Assembly: GCF_001194135.2 (NCBI RefSeq) | Contig: NC_068990.1 | Coordinates: forward strand, 12,836,850-12,899,654 | Direction of reading: 5' to 3' | DNA length: 62,805 bases | From: Octopus bimaculoides | Taxonomy: Eukaryota | Shown: positions 12,421 through 24,555 of the stretch, piece after piece | How the letters are laid out: every line of letters starts with the position of its first letter | Position numbering within the stretch: position 1 is the stretch's first letter | The notes under the pieces: model-generated | Database searches by the model: none | What the model saw: the letters and a program-made list of their open reading frames with translations, nothing else | What the model was told of the DNA's origin: nothing | Translations under genes and position numbers: made by a program

Positions 12421-12544
12421 AATACAAAGAAACCTGCTTTAGATTTCAATAGGTGATTTCTAAATGGATTGATAAAGAAGTTTGCTTCCCAACCACATTA
12501 TTCTGGGTTCACTTCGTGACACCTTGGCAAGTGTCTTCTACTAT

Positions 12545-13030
12545 AGACTTCAGACAAAAATCATGCCTCCTCATTGATATGACTGTCCCAATCGATATAA
12601 ACGTATCTGTCAAGACCTACCAAAAACTAAGCAAATATAAAGATCTTGAAATAGAAATTAGCAAAATGTGGAACCTCAAAACTAAAACAATACCTGTTGT
12701 CATAGGTGTCCTAGGAATAGTAGCAAAAGGGGCTTATTACTACCTAGATCAGATACCAGGAAACCCCAAAATGGCAGAAATTCAAAAGATAGTGCTCATG
12801 GGAACTGCCCATATCCTATGTAAAATGCTGTCTATGTAATCTCAAACTTTAAAACAAACTTATAATTTTCTTGTTTTCTTTAACATTCTCTAGAATAATA
12901 CTTTGTGCAAAACCAAATATATGACACTCTAGACATAACACCAACATGAACTTCTAACTTGTTGTCTCTTGAGGTCTCTGGATGAGACTTGGAGCCAACT
13001 TGTATAAAGACAAAGCAAAAGTCAAATGTA
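12545..13030 (+). mobile_element. 3' end of an R4/Dong-like non-LTR retrotransposon (restriction-like endonuclease C-terminus plus 3' UTR), followed by (AAT)n
   Basis: CLLIDMTVPIDINVSVKTYQKLSKYKDLEIEISKMW..KTIPVVIGVLG....IPG....EIQKIVLMGTAHIL, stop at 12837-12839. This is the PD-(D/E)xK RLE C-terminal pattern of R4-clade elements. The long TAA tract at 13031-13170 matches the known Dong target. Confidence 0.8.
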
Positions 13031-13098
13031 TAACAATAATAATAATGATAATAATAAGGATAAAAGCAACAACGACAATAATAATTATGATGATGATG

Positions 13099-13173
<75 letters not shown>

Positions 13174-13174
13174 G

Positions 13175-13460
13175 ATGCCCTGATGCAATACCAGGCAGTA
13201 GCTCATATAGCATCTGATCTTAACAGTTTGGAAGCGTTATCATGTACATATTTATTCTAAGTGTAAAAGATGGGCTACAGCAAATATTCTCAGTACCACA
13301 TATTTGCTTTTCAGTTGTCCTAGCTACTTGCAAGGTCCTGCACTGTTTGTCATGGTATGAAGTCACTACATCGCACACATATTGTTGTGATGCATGTGCC
13401 TGGAGTAGCCTTATCAGCCAGGTAGCCATGATGGGTATATTTGGCTATATTTGAACCTGG
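13175..13460 (+). mobile_element. Unclassified element abutting (TAA)n tracts. Other pieces: 41463-41558 (+, 5' end) and 22433-22620 (-, 3' end)
   Basis: The start atgccctgatgcaat..caggcagt.gctc follows (AAT)n in two places. 13330-13450 matches the reverse complement of 22490-22600, whose end abuts (AAT)n. Confidence 0.65.
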
Positions 13461-14769
13461 GTTATATTGATTGGTATATTTGAACCTGCAATGAGACACT
13501 GAACTTGTTATTGTATAACAGCCATTTCAGTATTGTTGCATCTTCACCTTTTTATTTTGTATGTGTTTCATTTTATTTTTATTTTTTGTTCTTAACAAAT
13601 TATAAAAACTAATATTTGCTATTTGTCTGGAAGAGAACCATGTTGATTCAAGTATTTTATTATTACAATTTAATGTCTTTAAAATTTCCTATCAAAATGA
13701 TACTGTGAGGAAAAGAAAAGATAATTCTTGAAGTCATAAGGAGAGAAAATATTAAAATTTATGAATGTGATTGCAATTATTAAGAAAATTAATTAAAACT
13801 ATAAAGAAACAAACTAGAATCCAAGAAATATACATCGCCAAGAAAGGAAAAAGAAAATGAGTTTCTCGAAAAGAAGTTAGTGTGTATGTTGTTTTGGTTA
13901 GAACTGGTATGAGCAACTGTTTCTGAGAAGCCAGCCACATGAAATATAGTTCATTGTCACACAGCCCACAAAAAGAAGTTCAAGATTATATTTTGTGAGG
14001 CATACCTTTAGAAAGTTCAACAGGCGGCAGTTTGTCCATAACTGGTCTAAGACCTTCCTTATTCTTGTGTCTTTCCAGTCTCATATCTAAATCAATATGT
14101 ACTTTACATGTCAGAAACCTAGTTTAAGCACCTACCATATGGACTACTATCAAGCCAAGGTGTGAGCCTGTATGGGATCTCTGAATATGTTTGAAATAGC
14201 AGTCAAATCTCTCTCAAATCATAAGTGTCATCATGAAAAGGAAAGGAAGGATGTAATGGATAATGTCATATGAGATTAATTATGTCTGAAAAAACTGAGA
14301 TGCTTATGGATGGAATGCTTATGATCATAACGCTGACATAAAGTTGATCAACAACAATAAAAACAACTAAGGTTCAGGAAAAGATTAACTGTTGATATAT
14401 CTCATTAATGAGAGTCATTATTTATACCATCTTTGAAGAAGTGCCATGACCATGATGTCAAAACTCACCTTGTCTCATAAATAATAAAAAAATTATCAAG
14501 TTGTGATGACAATTTTGTTGAAAGAAACTTAATATAAATGTATCAAAAGAAAGATTATTAACCTTTGTAAAATTATGTCTCTAACAATATGATAAAGACA
14601 CAGTCAGGTGACTTGGAATCTCATTCATAATATGACTCTACTGTTATTATAGAGGTTTCACATCTGTAAATATATTGTTGTTAACCTTCAAGTTCTTATA
14701 AAATTATCACTTAGAAATTAGCCTTTTCTAATAAGAAATATACTACCTTTGTGCTCTCCATCCATCCAT

Positions 14770-15000
14770 TTCTACCCATTTTCTCTACCCACTATTCCTG
14801 GGAAGATCATTGAGACAGAGTCCTCAAGAATATCTTCCATTCAGTGCTATCAAAAGCAACTGTCATTACACTTTCCATCTGGATTCCCAAGTGTGACCAA
14901 CTAAAGCTATGGATATCATCCAACCATTTTAATTTTGTTCTACCTCTAATCTTCTACCTGTTGGCTCAGCTTGAAGAATTTGTCTTGCAATCGTTTCCAG
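14770..15000 (-). mobile_element. RTE-clade LINE 3' fragment (decayed)
   Basis: Minus strand, with one frameshift: IARQILQAEPTGRR/RGRTKLKWLDDIHSFSWSHLGIQMESVMTVAFDSTEWKIFLRTLSQ*. This is the RTE C-terminal G.R.RGRP..RW.D motif. Confidence 0.7.
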
Positions 15001-15587
15001 CAAGAGTATGTGTTGTGGTGGGCACCCCCAGGTGAGAAGTGGGCTGGTCCACAACCAATAAATAGTGGACAGACTCAGTAAGTAGTGTCAGTCAGTGAGG
15101 TATACTGTTGGGACCAATCACACAGACGATGAAATTCATCATAATGCAGGACATACCGGTATGTTTACAAATACTACTGGCCAAAATGATATTCTTCTGA
15201 AGGAATTTTGGAGTCAAGTGCATTGCTCAGATATGAGTCTCTCCTGGTCAAGCCACAACTTTTCTACATTGAGAGGTTATAGCTCCAGTGCAACATGTCT
15301 GTTGCACTGGAGAATGTCATCATAGAATGTCACCTTTGAATTTCATATTTGAAAATAAACAAGAATTACAAGATACTTAGTGAAATTACTAACTTTTAAC
15401 TTATTAAAAGATATATGTTTACCTACAGAGATGTCATATGTTTTATGTAGCAAACAGATTTCAGTTAAAGATTTGAATCTAATTTTAAACATTTTCAATT
15501 AGACACTTACTGGTGGATTGCTGCTGAAAGCATTAATCTTCTGCGTATGAAGTATATTTTAACCATTTATCATATTTAAATTGTTGA

Positions 15588-15977
15588 GGCGTAGGAGTGG
15601 CTGTGTGGTAAGTAGCTTGCTTACCAACAACATGGTTTTAGGTTCAGTCCCACTGCATGGCACCTTGGGCAAGTGTCTTCTACTATAGCCACGGGCCGAC
15701 CAAAGCCTTGTGGTAGACGGAAACTGAAAGAAGCCTGTCATATATATATATGTTTGTATGTGTATATATATTTGTGTGTCTGTGCTTGTCCCCCCAACTT
15801 CGCTTGACAACCGATGCTGAATTGTTTACTTCCCCGTAACTTAGCAGTTTAGCAAAAGAGACCGATAGAATAAGTACTAGGCTTACAAAGAATAAGTCCT
15901 GGGGTCGATTTGCTTGACTAAAGGTGGTGCTCCAGCATGGCCACAGTCAAAATGACTGAAACAAGTAAAAGAGAGAG
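15588..15977 (+). mobile_element. SINE family A, full length
   Basis: Same head, CORE-like block, microsatellite and tail as 38691-39104. Confidence 0.9.
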
Positions 15978-16764
15978 TATAACCAGTCCCAGTGATATTG
16001 TAGCTTATAGATATGATTTACCCTAATGTAGAGATAAATTTTTACAGTGTTTGGTTTTGCTATCAATTTTTATTGATATCATGGATGATATCAATAAAAC
16101 AGTTAATCTTGGGAAAGGCAGGATATTCACTGTTTGCTGTTTTCTTTTACCTTCCATCAAAATGATGATACTTTTGAAACAGATATAACAAACAAATTAA
16201 TTATGTGTAATTATATATGTAACAAATTCATTCATCATTATTTCTTTCCATGTTCTTTAAGTATCGTGTTTTTGATTTATTTTTTAAATCATCGTAGTTT
16301 TTCTTTGATATCCTTGATCAATTTCCGCTACGTAGTATATTTCTAAAATTTCCTGTTAATCAGTTAATGTGATGCAGAACATTAATGGTAAATTATATTG
16401 GAAGAAGCCTGTCATAAAGAATAATTTCTGTTTTATGTTGAACCTTAAATAGCAGTTAATCTGTGGAAATGAATACTTTTATTTCTGTAACTCTTTGCTT
16501 TGTTATGTATTTGTCTGCTTTTATCAGTGTAATTTTGAAATTGTCTTTGGGTGGCTTATATTTATAACACATATACACACACACATGCACAGCCTGCATG
16601 TTGACACTGTCACACCTATTTGTTCATTTAACATTAATTTCTCCATGTCAAAATGGCTCCTTAAACATGATTGAAATTTCTTGTTACCTTGGTAGCCTAA
16701 TTTAAAATGGGTGAAGCACATGTGACTCTCTTGTTACCTAGGTAACCTAATTAATATTAGAGAT

Positions 16765-17200
16765 AGGTGTTCTGAAAGTGTGGTAACCAGAATAAGATTG
16801 GGATGGAGAAAGTGTTGAAATAATTACCTCCACTGGCTACAAAGAGCTTCTCTATCCTAGTAAAGGGCAGCTTGTACAATGCTTGTGTGCAAAGTGCATT
16901 AATGCTTGGGCAATGAGATGTGGGCTTTGAATGCGAAGAATTGGTAAAGGCTAAAAAGACATGAAGCAGGTATGCTTCACTGGATGTGTCATGTTTGTGT
17001 GCATGAATGACAAAAAGATATCAAACGTAGTGTGGAAGAGAAGAAACTGTGTGAGTTTGGCCATAGGATGTGAATGGGTGATTGCAGCTGCATAAGCAAA
17101 TGCTAAGTAACCAAATTGAATGGTACCTGTATAAGAGGGAGACTAAAGAAGATTTGGTATGAGATGGTGAAAAATAACCAAGACACTACATCAGGGAGAG
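16765..17200 (+). mobile_element. RTE-clade LINE ORF2 3' region, heavily decayed
   Basis: RCSESVVTRIRLGWRK...KGSLYNACV..LML.NEMWAL...RLKRHEAGMLHWMC...GRLKKIWYEMVK, with several stops and frameshifts. Confidence 0.75.
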
Positions 17201-17785
17201 TCCTTTGTCAACAGGTGTTAATTACAATCCAATCTTTACATATGAATATATGTGTATTTGTGTGTGCATATATAATATATACACATTTTGTATTGAAGCA
17301 GAGGTTAAGAATCTTTACTGTGAAGGTGGCTCTGTACATTTTTCATTGAGCGATACTCTAAAGAGCACCATATTGAACTATGGCTCCATTATCTGTGAAT
17401 TCTTAGAAATGCCTGCAGCTAAAATTGTCATAGAAATTTAATAACAAGGTTAAATTGCCATATACTTATATAAGTACACATACATGCATGTACACAAACA
17501 CAAACACACACACACATATATACATATCAAGAGAGCGATTGAGAGAGAAAGGTGGGGGAGTCATTGGAAACAAATGTCTTATACCAGCAACTAAATATAA
17601 CTCTGATTCTCCATCATTCAATCGTTCATTGTCTTTAGTCATTGTCTTTAGTATAAGACAATACATAATTACATTATTGTTCCATTATTGTAATAGTCAT
17701 TAGAAAGTAACCAAGAAATATCTATAAAAGGAATTAAATATATTAGTTGTATATTAGTTCATGTTTTTATTTACTACTTTTACAG

Positions 17786-17973
17786 TTGCATGCTTGGTTA
17801 CTTGGCGGTGAACCTCAAGGGACAAATAAGCTCCAAGAAATATCATGATAAGTTCTGTGGAGAGCTGTTACCTCCAGAGCTAACCAGCGAAAACCCACGC
17901 TTAGTACTCATTCTGAACACTCATGGGGCTGTTCGAGGTAGAGGATTTCTGGCACGCTATGAATTCATCACTG
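17786..17973 (+). CDS. sol-1: Internal coding exon of the SOL-1-like protein; C-terminal half of the same CUB domain
   Basis: Acceptor ctttacag ending 17785 and donor GTATGT at 17974. 188 nt, phase 2 to phase 1. TA+T gives Tyr, then CMLGYLAVNLKGQISSKKYHDKFCGELLPPELTSENPRLVLILNTHGAVRGRGFLARYEFIT, with CUB motifs FCG..LP, PRL and GRGF.A.Y.F. In frame with the previous exon. Confidence 0.9.
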
Positions 17974-19314
17974 GTATGTATAAAACATTATCAAATTCAT
18001 ATTTTGAAAATATTTACAATTTATGTGTGGAATTCAGTAGATGAAATCTCTGTGGAAGAATATTGAATATATCTTTGCGTCTGTGTCTATGTTTATCATG
18101 GGTGTGTTAAATAGATCAAGGTAAACATAAAGAAAAATGTGTTGAGCTGTGGAATTGTTAGTATGTTCTTATTTCTTTATTGTCCACAAGGGGCTAAACA
18201 TAGAGGGGACGAACAAGGACAAACAAAGGGTTTAAGTCGATTATATCGACCTGGTACTTGATTTATCGACCCTGAAAGGATGAAAGGCAAAGTCGACCTT
18301 GGTGAAATTTGAACTCAGAACATAACGGCAGACAAAATGCCGCTAAGCAGTGTTAGTATGTTCTGGTTTGAAATCCCATCATGGTTAACCACGCCTTTCA
18401 TTTCTTCAGGGGGAATAAAATAAAATGTCAGTCAAGTTCTTCCCTCCCCTCAAAACTGTTGGTGCTGAATCCTGCAATGGACCATTTCAGTGATAATGTT
18501 GTGATTTTGGTAACTTACACACTCTGGAAAACTGGCTAATTGACCTTTTGACCTTACAAGTCCCGTGGTACAAAGAACAAAAAAAGAAAGAAACACGAAG
18601 TAAAAAGAAATTCTTGCTATCAAAGTATATAAAATTTTTGAGTATTTTGCATAATTTAAACAAAAATGTCCAAAAAAAGAAATAGCTCAGAATGGCCTAT
18701 GGCATGTATATGAAGAACATAGACAAATATATTTATATGAAATACCATAAAGCAAATTCTTGATTTATTAATCCATTACCTACCAGTGATCTCATATGAG
18801 ATCACTTAAAAATTACAAATTTCCTAATTATCTGTCAATATTTACACATATCTAACCTTTTTGCTATATCTACTAGGTACATTTCTCTGATATTCAAATG
18901 AGGTTTGCTAATTTTTCACCCAATATCTCACTGATTTCTATTTAAAATGTTATTTTGATCATTCCAGCATGTTTCTAAGGCTGTTTTATGCTACAAATCA
19001 AAGTTTCATAAAAAAATTCCAGTTAATAGAATTATGGGAGGTAATGGGTTAAGATCATATCTACTTTTAGAGAGTGTGTCATAATTTCCAAATGACATTT
19101 AAAGCTTGCTCCATGAGAAGGGAAGATAGTCTGGAATATCAAGAATTCTCCAAAGTTGATTTGCCATTAAATAAAAAAGCAAGCTTATTGTCTGGAAATA
19201 AGAGGACAGTTGTGGATGTGTGTTTTAGTTTCAATGGGCTGCAGCAGAATGATAATTGTCCAACCTTATCTCTAGTAATCAAAGAACTTAGATTCCTACA
19301 AAAAAGAGATCACT

Positions 19315-19867
<553 letters not shown>

Positions 19868-21180
19868 AACATTTATGGCTCAGGTGATTTGTACAATTTA
19901 AACAAAAATGAGCTCAGAGAAATTACTCAGAATGGTCAGTATAAATTGCCATTGGTAATTAGGACTCGTCCTCTTGGAAGTGGGAATAATTTTAATAAAT
20001 AAAGAATCTACACTGTATGGTATTTGATATACCTGTATTTGTCTAATTACTGAGACCTGGCTGTTCTGACATTACATTTATTTTTCTAAACGTCCCATGT
20101 ACTATGATAATTCATCATCATCATCATCATTTAACGTCTGCTTTCCATGCTAGCATGAGTTAGATGGCTTGACTGGAATTAATAAGTCAGAGAGCTGTAC
20201 CAAGTTCCGGCCTGAATTTGGCTTGGTTTCTATGGTTGGATGACCTTCCTAACGCCAACCACTCCAAGGGTGTAGTGGGGTAGTGGGTGTCTTTTACTTG
20301 TCACCAGCATGGTAACTGTTATGTGTCACGGGCACAAAAGCTGTTATGTGTCACCAGCATGGAAGCTGTTACATAACACCGGCACTAGATAATTATAAAG
20401 TATAAACCTGTGATTAAACACTGTCCAATCTATTTCTTTATTCAGGTTACTAAATCAATTTTGACACAATGTACCTGGTTGGAAATCTAGTGCTGGTGCA
20501 TTAAAACGATAACTTAGTCACCAATCAATCAATATAAATTGATGAAATAAGCACTTAACTGAAATAAATACTGAGGTTTTACTAAAACCAATTGCAAAAC
20601 TGCAGTGCGGTGAGTGAAATCTGTAAAATATAAATAAAGAAAACAAAAAAAAAACCCAGAAATTAAATGCTCTTAAGAGCAGGTATTGCTATGAGGCTAA
20701 TAAATTTATTTCACATCACCAGGTTGCTACTGGTTCAATTCCACTGCATAGTATCTTAGGAAAATGTCCTCTACTGTAGCCTTAGGTTCACTAATATCTT
20801 CTGAGTGGAATTTAATTTTCAGGAACTGTACAGAAGCTCATTGTGTGTAAGTTGTGTGTGTGTGTGTGTGTATGTATATATATATATATGTGTGTGTATA
20901 TATGTGTTTTTATATTATTAATAAATTCATAAATTCATCAATAATATACTCAGGAAATCAATATTTAATATTTTGAAAGACATACATCCAACATGACACG
21001 GCAACATAATAAATTTAAAATTTAAAATATAAATATATGAAATATAAATATCAATATATATAAAAATCTGAATATAGATAAATATATGTGTGAATATATA
21101 TGCATATAAAAATTTATGTGTAATTAAGCATGAATATTGTAAAGTCTAAAATATAAAATATAAAGGAACCTAAAATTTAA

Positions 21181-21239
21181 AGAGTTAAATATCTTACGAT
21201 CGTTTCGCGGATATATACACATTTATATACACATTTATT
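21181..21239 (-). ncRNA. 3' half of a putative minimal hammerhead ribozyme, running into an assembly gap
   Basis: Minus strand reads tatatatccgc-GAAA-CGATCG-TA-agatatttaac, with GAAA at 21206-21203, the perfect palindrome ACGATCGT at 21196-21203 and a GUA triplet. The CTGATGA half is not visible and would fall in gap 21240-21424. Confidence 0.4.
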
Positions 21240-21550
21240 NNNNNNNNNNNNNNNNNNNNNNNNNNNNNNNNNNNNNNNNNNNNNNNNNNNNNNNNNNNNN
21301 NNNNNNNNNNNNNNNNNNNNNNNNNNNNNNNNNNNNNNNNNNNNNNNNNNNNNNNNNNNNNNNNNNNNNNNNNNNNNNNNNNNNNNNNNNNNNNNNNNNN
21401 NNNNNNNNNNNNNNNNNNNNNNNNATGTATATACATATGAACATAAAGCACTTATCTGTAAGTCCAAAAGCTTATCAGCAGGGTTTATTCAGGATACAGG
21501 TTTTGTTTACAAAACTAACTGGCCATGACATTTTCCTCACTCCAGTTGTA

Positions 21551-21665
21551 GAGAAGTTATGTGCCTCTGGCCGTTCAAGTCTGATGAATTGCCTACACAG
21601 CTAAGTGCTTTATAGGTGTGAAACCAATGGTCACTCTCTGACTTGCCATAACAACCAGCCTTCTC
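21551..21665 (+). ncRNA. Type I hammerhead-ribozyme-like motif (minimal, Penelope/retrozyme type)
   Basis: CTGATGA at 21581-21587, stem II 21588-21619, GAAA at 21620-21623, palindromic stem III ACCA-A-TGGT at 21623-21631 and a GTC cleavage triplet ending 21632. Stem I is imperfect: 3 proximal bp plus distal GTTATG/CATAAC and GAGAAG/CTTCTC. Confidence 0.65.
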
Positions 21666-21779
21666 AGTGTGTTAATGCTCTAATGTTTTAGAGTGTGCTT
21701 CTTTTTCAGACATATGAATTACTCACAATATATATACATATATATATACACGCACACACATACACATATACATATATGT

Positions 21780-22106
21780 GGGTGCGCTGGGTGGTATTTA
21801 TACTGCTCTAACAACTAGAGTTATGTTTCCTTGAAAAGCAAAGGTTGGTAAAAAATACTTGAAGGCAACATACCTACATGACTGCCGTTTAATGACTGAA
21901 ACCACTGCCGGTGTTAAAACGGGGGTAGCTGATGAAGGAAAATGTTCTCTATGTGGCTTGTGTGTTTTCTGTACTCTGGTTATTATTATTTTCTTGTCTA
22001 CGTTTTGTTTGCAATGTCCTGTACCCAGATATGCACCTATATATATACAGGTAGACGTAGGTATGCACATACCTGTACGTATATATGCATATACTCATTT
22101 ATTATT

Positions 22107-22110
<4 letters not shown>
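21780..22110 (+). repeat. Unclassified microsatellite-associated interspersed repeat; partial copy at about 54090-54215
   Basis: The block tgtcctgtaccc.gatatgc...tatatatac..gtaga.gtaggtatg.acata is shared by both loci. Confidence 0.7.
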
Positions 22111-22146
<36 letters not shown>

Positions 22147-22394
22147 GACTATATTATTTACATTAATCTATTAGTCCAATTGTAATCAGCCCTAAATAAA
22201 TTTATATATGGGGTACAAAAGGAAAATAAATCTAAGCAGAGTAGATATATTAGTATAAGTTTTGTTTATATTTAAAAATAATACAGTTTTGAAGCTGTTC
22301 TTTCCATTTCACAGTAACACAAACTGATTGATCAGGATTTAGTAACCTGACTAAATAATGCAGTTTTCACAGTACTTAATTACAAGTTTGTTAT

Positions 22395-22432
<38 letters not shown>

Positions 22433-23706
22433 GAGTGAGAGAGCAGTGCATGCTATCAAAGTAACACTGGGGTAAAATTTACAAAGCCCAGTATACCCAT
22501 CATGACTACTCGTCTGATAAGGGTACACCAGGAACATGCATCACAGCCATATGTGCGCGACATGGTGATCTTATATCAAGATAAACAGTGCAGGACCTCG
22601 CAGGTGGGGCCCAGTTAGAATATATATAAATAAATATATATATAGTGGAGTTGAGAAGGATACTTTTTGTTGATTTAGGTTTTTTAATGTTTAGTTTGAT
22701 CTATTTGAGACATGTTACTGAACAGCTTTGAAGAATTGGAAAATTACTCTGGTATACCTGTGTTACGAATACTTTTCAAACATTGATTTTAAATAACTGA
22801 ACGAAATCTTTGCATTTGAATCAAGATCACCATGGTAATAAATCAATGCTTGGAATACTATTTCTGTCATGCCTAGAGACAACTAAATAATTATAAAAAG
22901 CAATATTCTCGTTGTGCAAATCAAATTAAGAGAATACTTACTGATCAATAACTGATGGTAAATTACTAAACAAATTTCAGAAGTGCCAAAATTGTGATGA
23001 TAAGAATCTATTCTTGTTAGAATCTCACACAAACATTGCCTAACTAGTTTTCCTAGTGAAACAAATCTCTGTGACTTGTCTCCAGATAAGTACTGCTGAT
23101 AAGTAAAGAAGATTTTCCTGTCCCCCGTAATTTAGATATTTTCCAAAAAATTTGTGTGAAATGAGTGCAAGATTGCTATGAGTATACACCAAAAGTACAC
23201 ACATTATGTTAAAATGTTAGTGATGTGTTTCAGTTTTATGTAGGCCTCTTTACAGTACAAACATGGCTCTGTGGCTAAAATGCTTGCTTCTCAATCATGT
23301 GGCTTTTTGGTTCAGCTATACTCTATAGCACCTTGGAAAAGTGTCTTCTGTTACAGACCCTAGTTTGACCAAAGCTTGGAGAGTGAATTTGGAAATTGAA
23401 AGGTCATCATATACATCATCGTGATTTAACGTCTGTTTTCCATGCTGGCAAGGGTTAGATGGTTTGATTGATGATTGATAACCAGGAGGGCTGTACCAAG
23501 TTCCAATCTGATTTGACATGGTTTCTTCAAGAGTCTAGTGGGTGCTTTCTATATGTCACCAGCATGGGTGCCATTTATGTAACACTGGCATCAGCCACAA
23601 CTATGATCTCTCTTGGATTGACAGATCTCCTCAAGCACAGCATATTCATATCACCAAAGGTCTCAGTCACTAGTCACTGCCTCCATGAGGCCCATATCAA
23701 TGTGTA

Positions 23707-23766
<60 letters not shown>

Positions 23767-23919
23767 TTTATTAAAGCTGCAAAAATACCACATGCTTTAA
23801 TAAAAAAAAGGATATTACTCTACCTTTGTTTTGTAGAGAATTGGTAATAACGGTACACCTCTGCCACAAGATGAGTAGAATGAGCCAGTCACAATAAGCA
23901 AAGTGATGTTGGCCAGTGC

Positions 23920-24555
23920 TTTCTTTGAGAAAGAATGTAAAGTGTGGGACGATGAGATGAAAACATACTTAATCTTAAGAAAACGGGTTGCAACAGAACA
24001 TGAATGATACAGTAATTATGTACTCTCAAGAAAAGCTTTGGACATAAACTTTTATAACCCAGTAGATATATTGTGTAAAATTTTTAGCGAAAAAGCTCAT
24101 TGTTCAATACATGTTGGAAGTGTCTGAACATAGAGAAAAACAACAATGAAGACTTTATCACATACGCTGGTAGAGTAAACAGGGAATGTGAGAAATTTAA
24201 GCTGGACCAAATTAACTCCAGATATGTTCAAATGCCTGATTTTTACACAAGGACTAATTGCTGAAAAGGACGCAGAAGTCAGAACTAGAATTCTTGCAAA
24301 AAGTGTGCCTGGTGAATGTGAAAGTATACTTAAGTTAAGACACAGCACAGAGGAAATTGAATGTAAAGATTGTTTCCAAGTAAACCAGTGCAGAATAGTC
24401 TGAATAGAGATAAAGTGTTTTCTAAAATACACAACAAACATCAGGATATAAACCCATGTTTTGCATATGGTGGTATGCACCTGAGGAAAAATTGTCCATT
24501 TAAAAAAGTGAAGAGATTTTTGTTGTGGTTATATAGGACATATAAAGATGCAAAG
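23920..24555 (+). mobile_element. Gypsy/Metaviridae LTR retrotransposon gag fragment (K02A2.6-like), decayed
   Basis: From 24096, SLFNTCWKCLNIEKNNNEDFITYAGRVNRECEKFKLDQ, then a frameshift to LTPDMFKCLIFTQGLIAEKDAEVRTRILAK, then a degenerate Zn-knuckle (PCFAYGGMHLRKNCPFK...GHIK). No LTRs or pol recognised. Confidence 0.8.

Noticed and set aside
12453-12839. 128-aa ORF as a host gene
   Set aside because: It is a chimera of a SINE head and an R4-like retrotransposon C-terminus.
16680-16753. 14-bp palindrome GTTACCTAGGTAAC within a 50-bp-period direct repeat
   Set aside because: It sits at the edge of an RTE fragment and is most simply an insertion or repair scar, with no further support for function.
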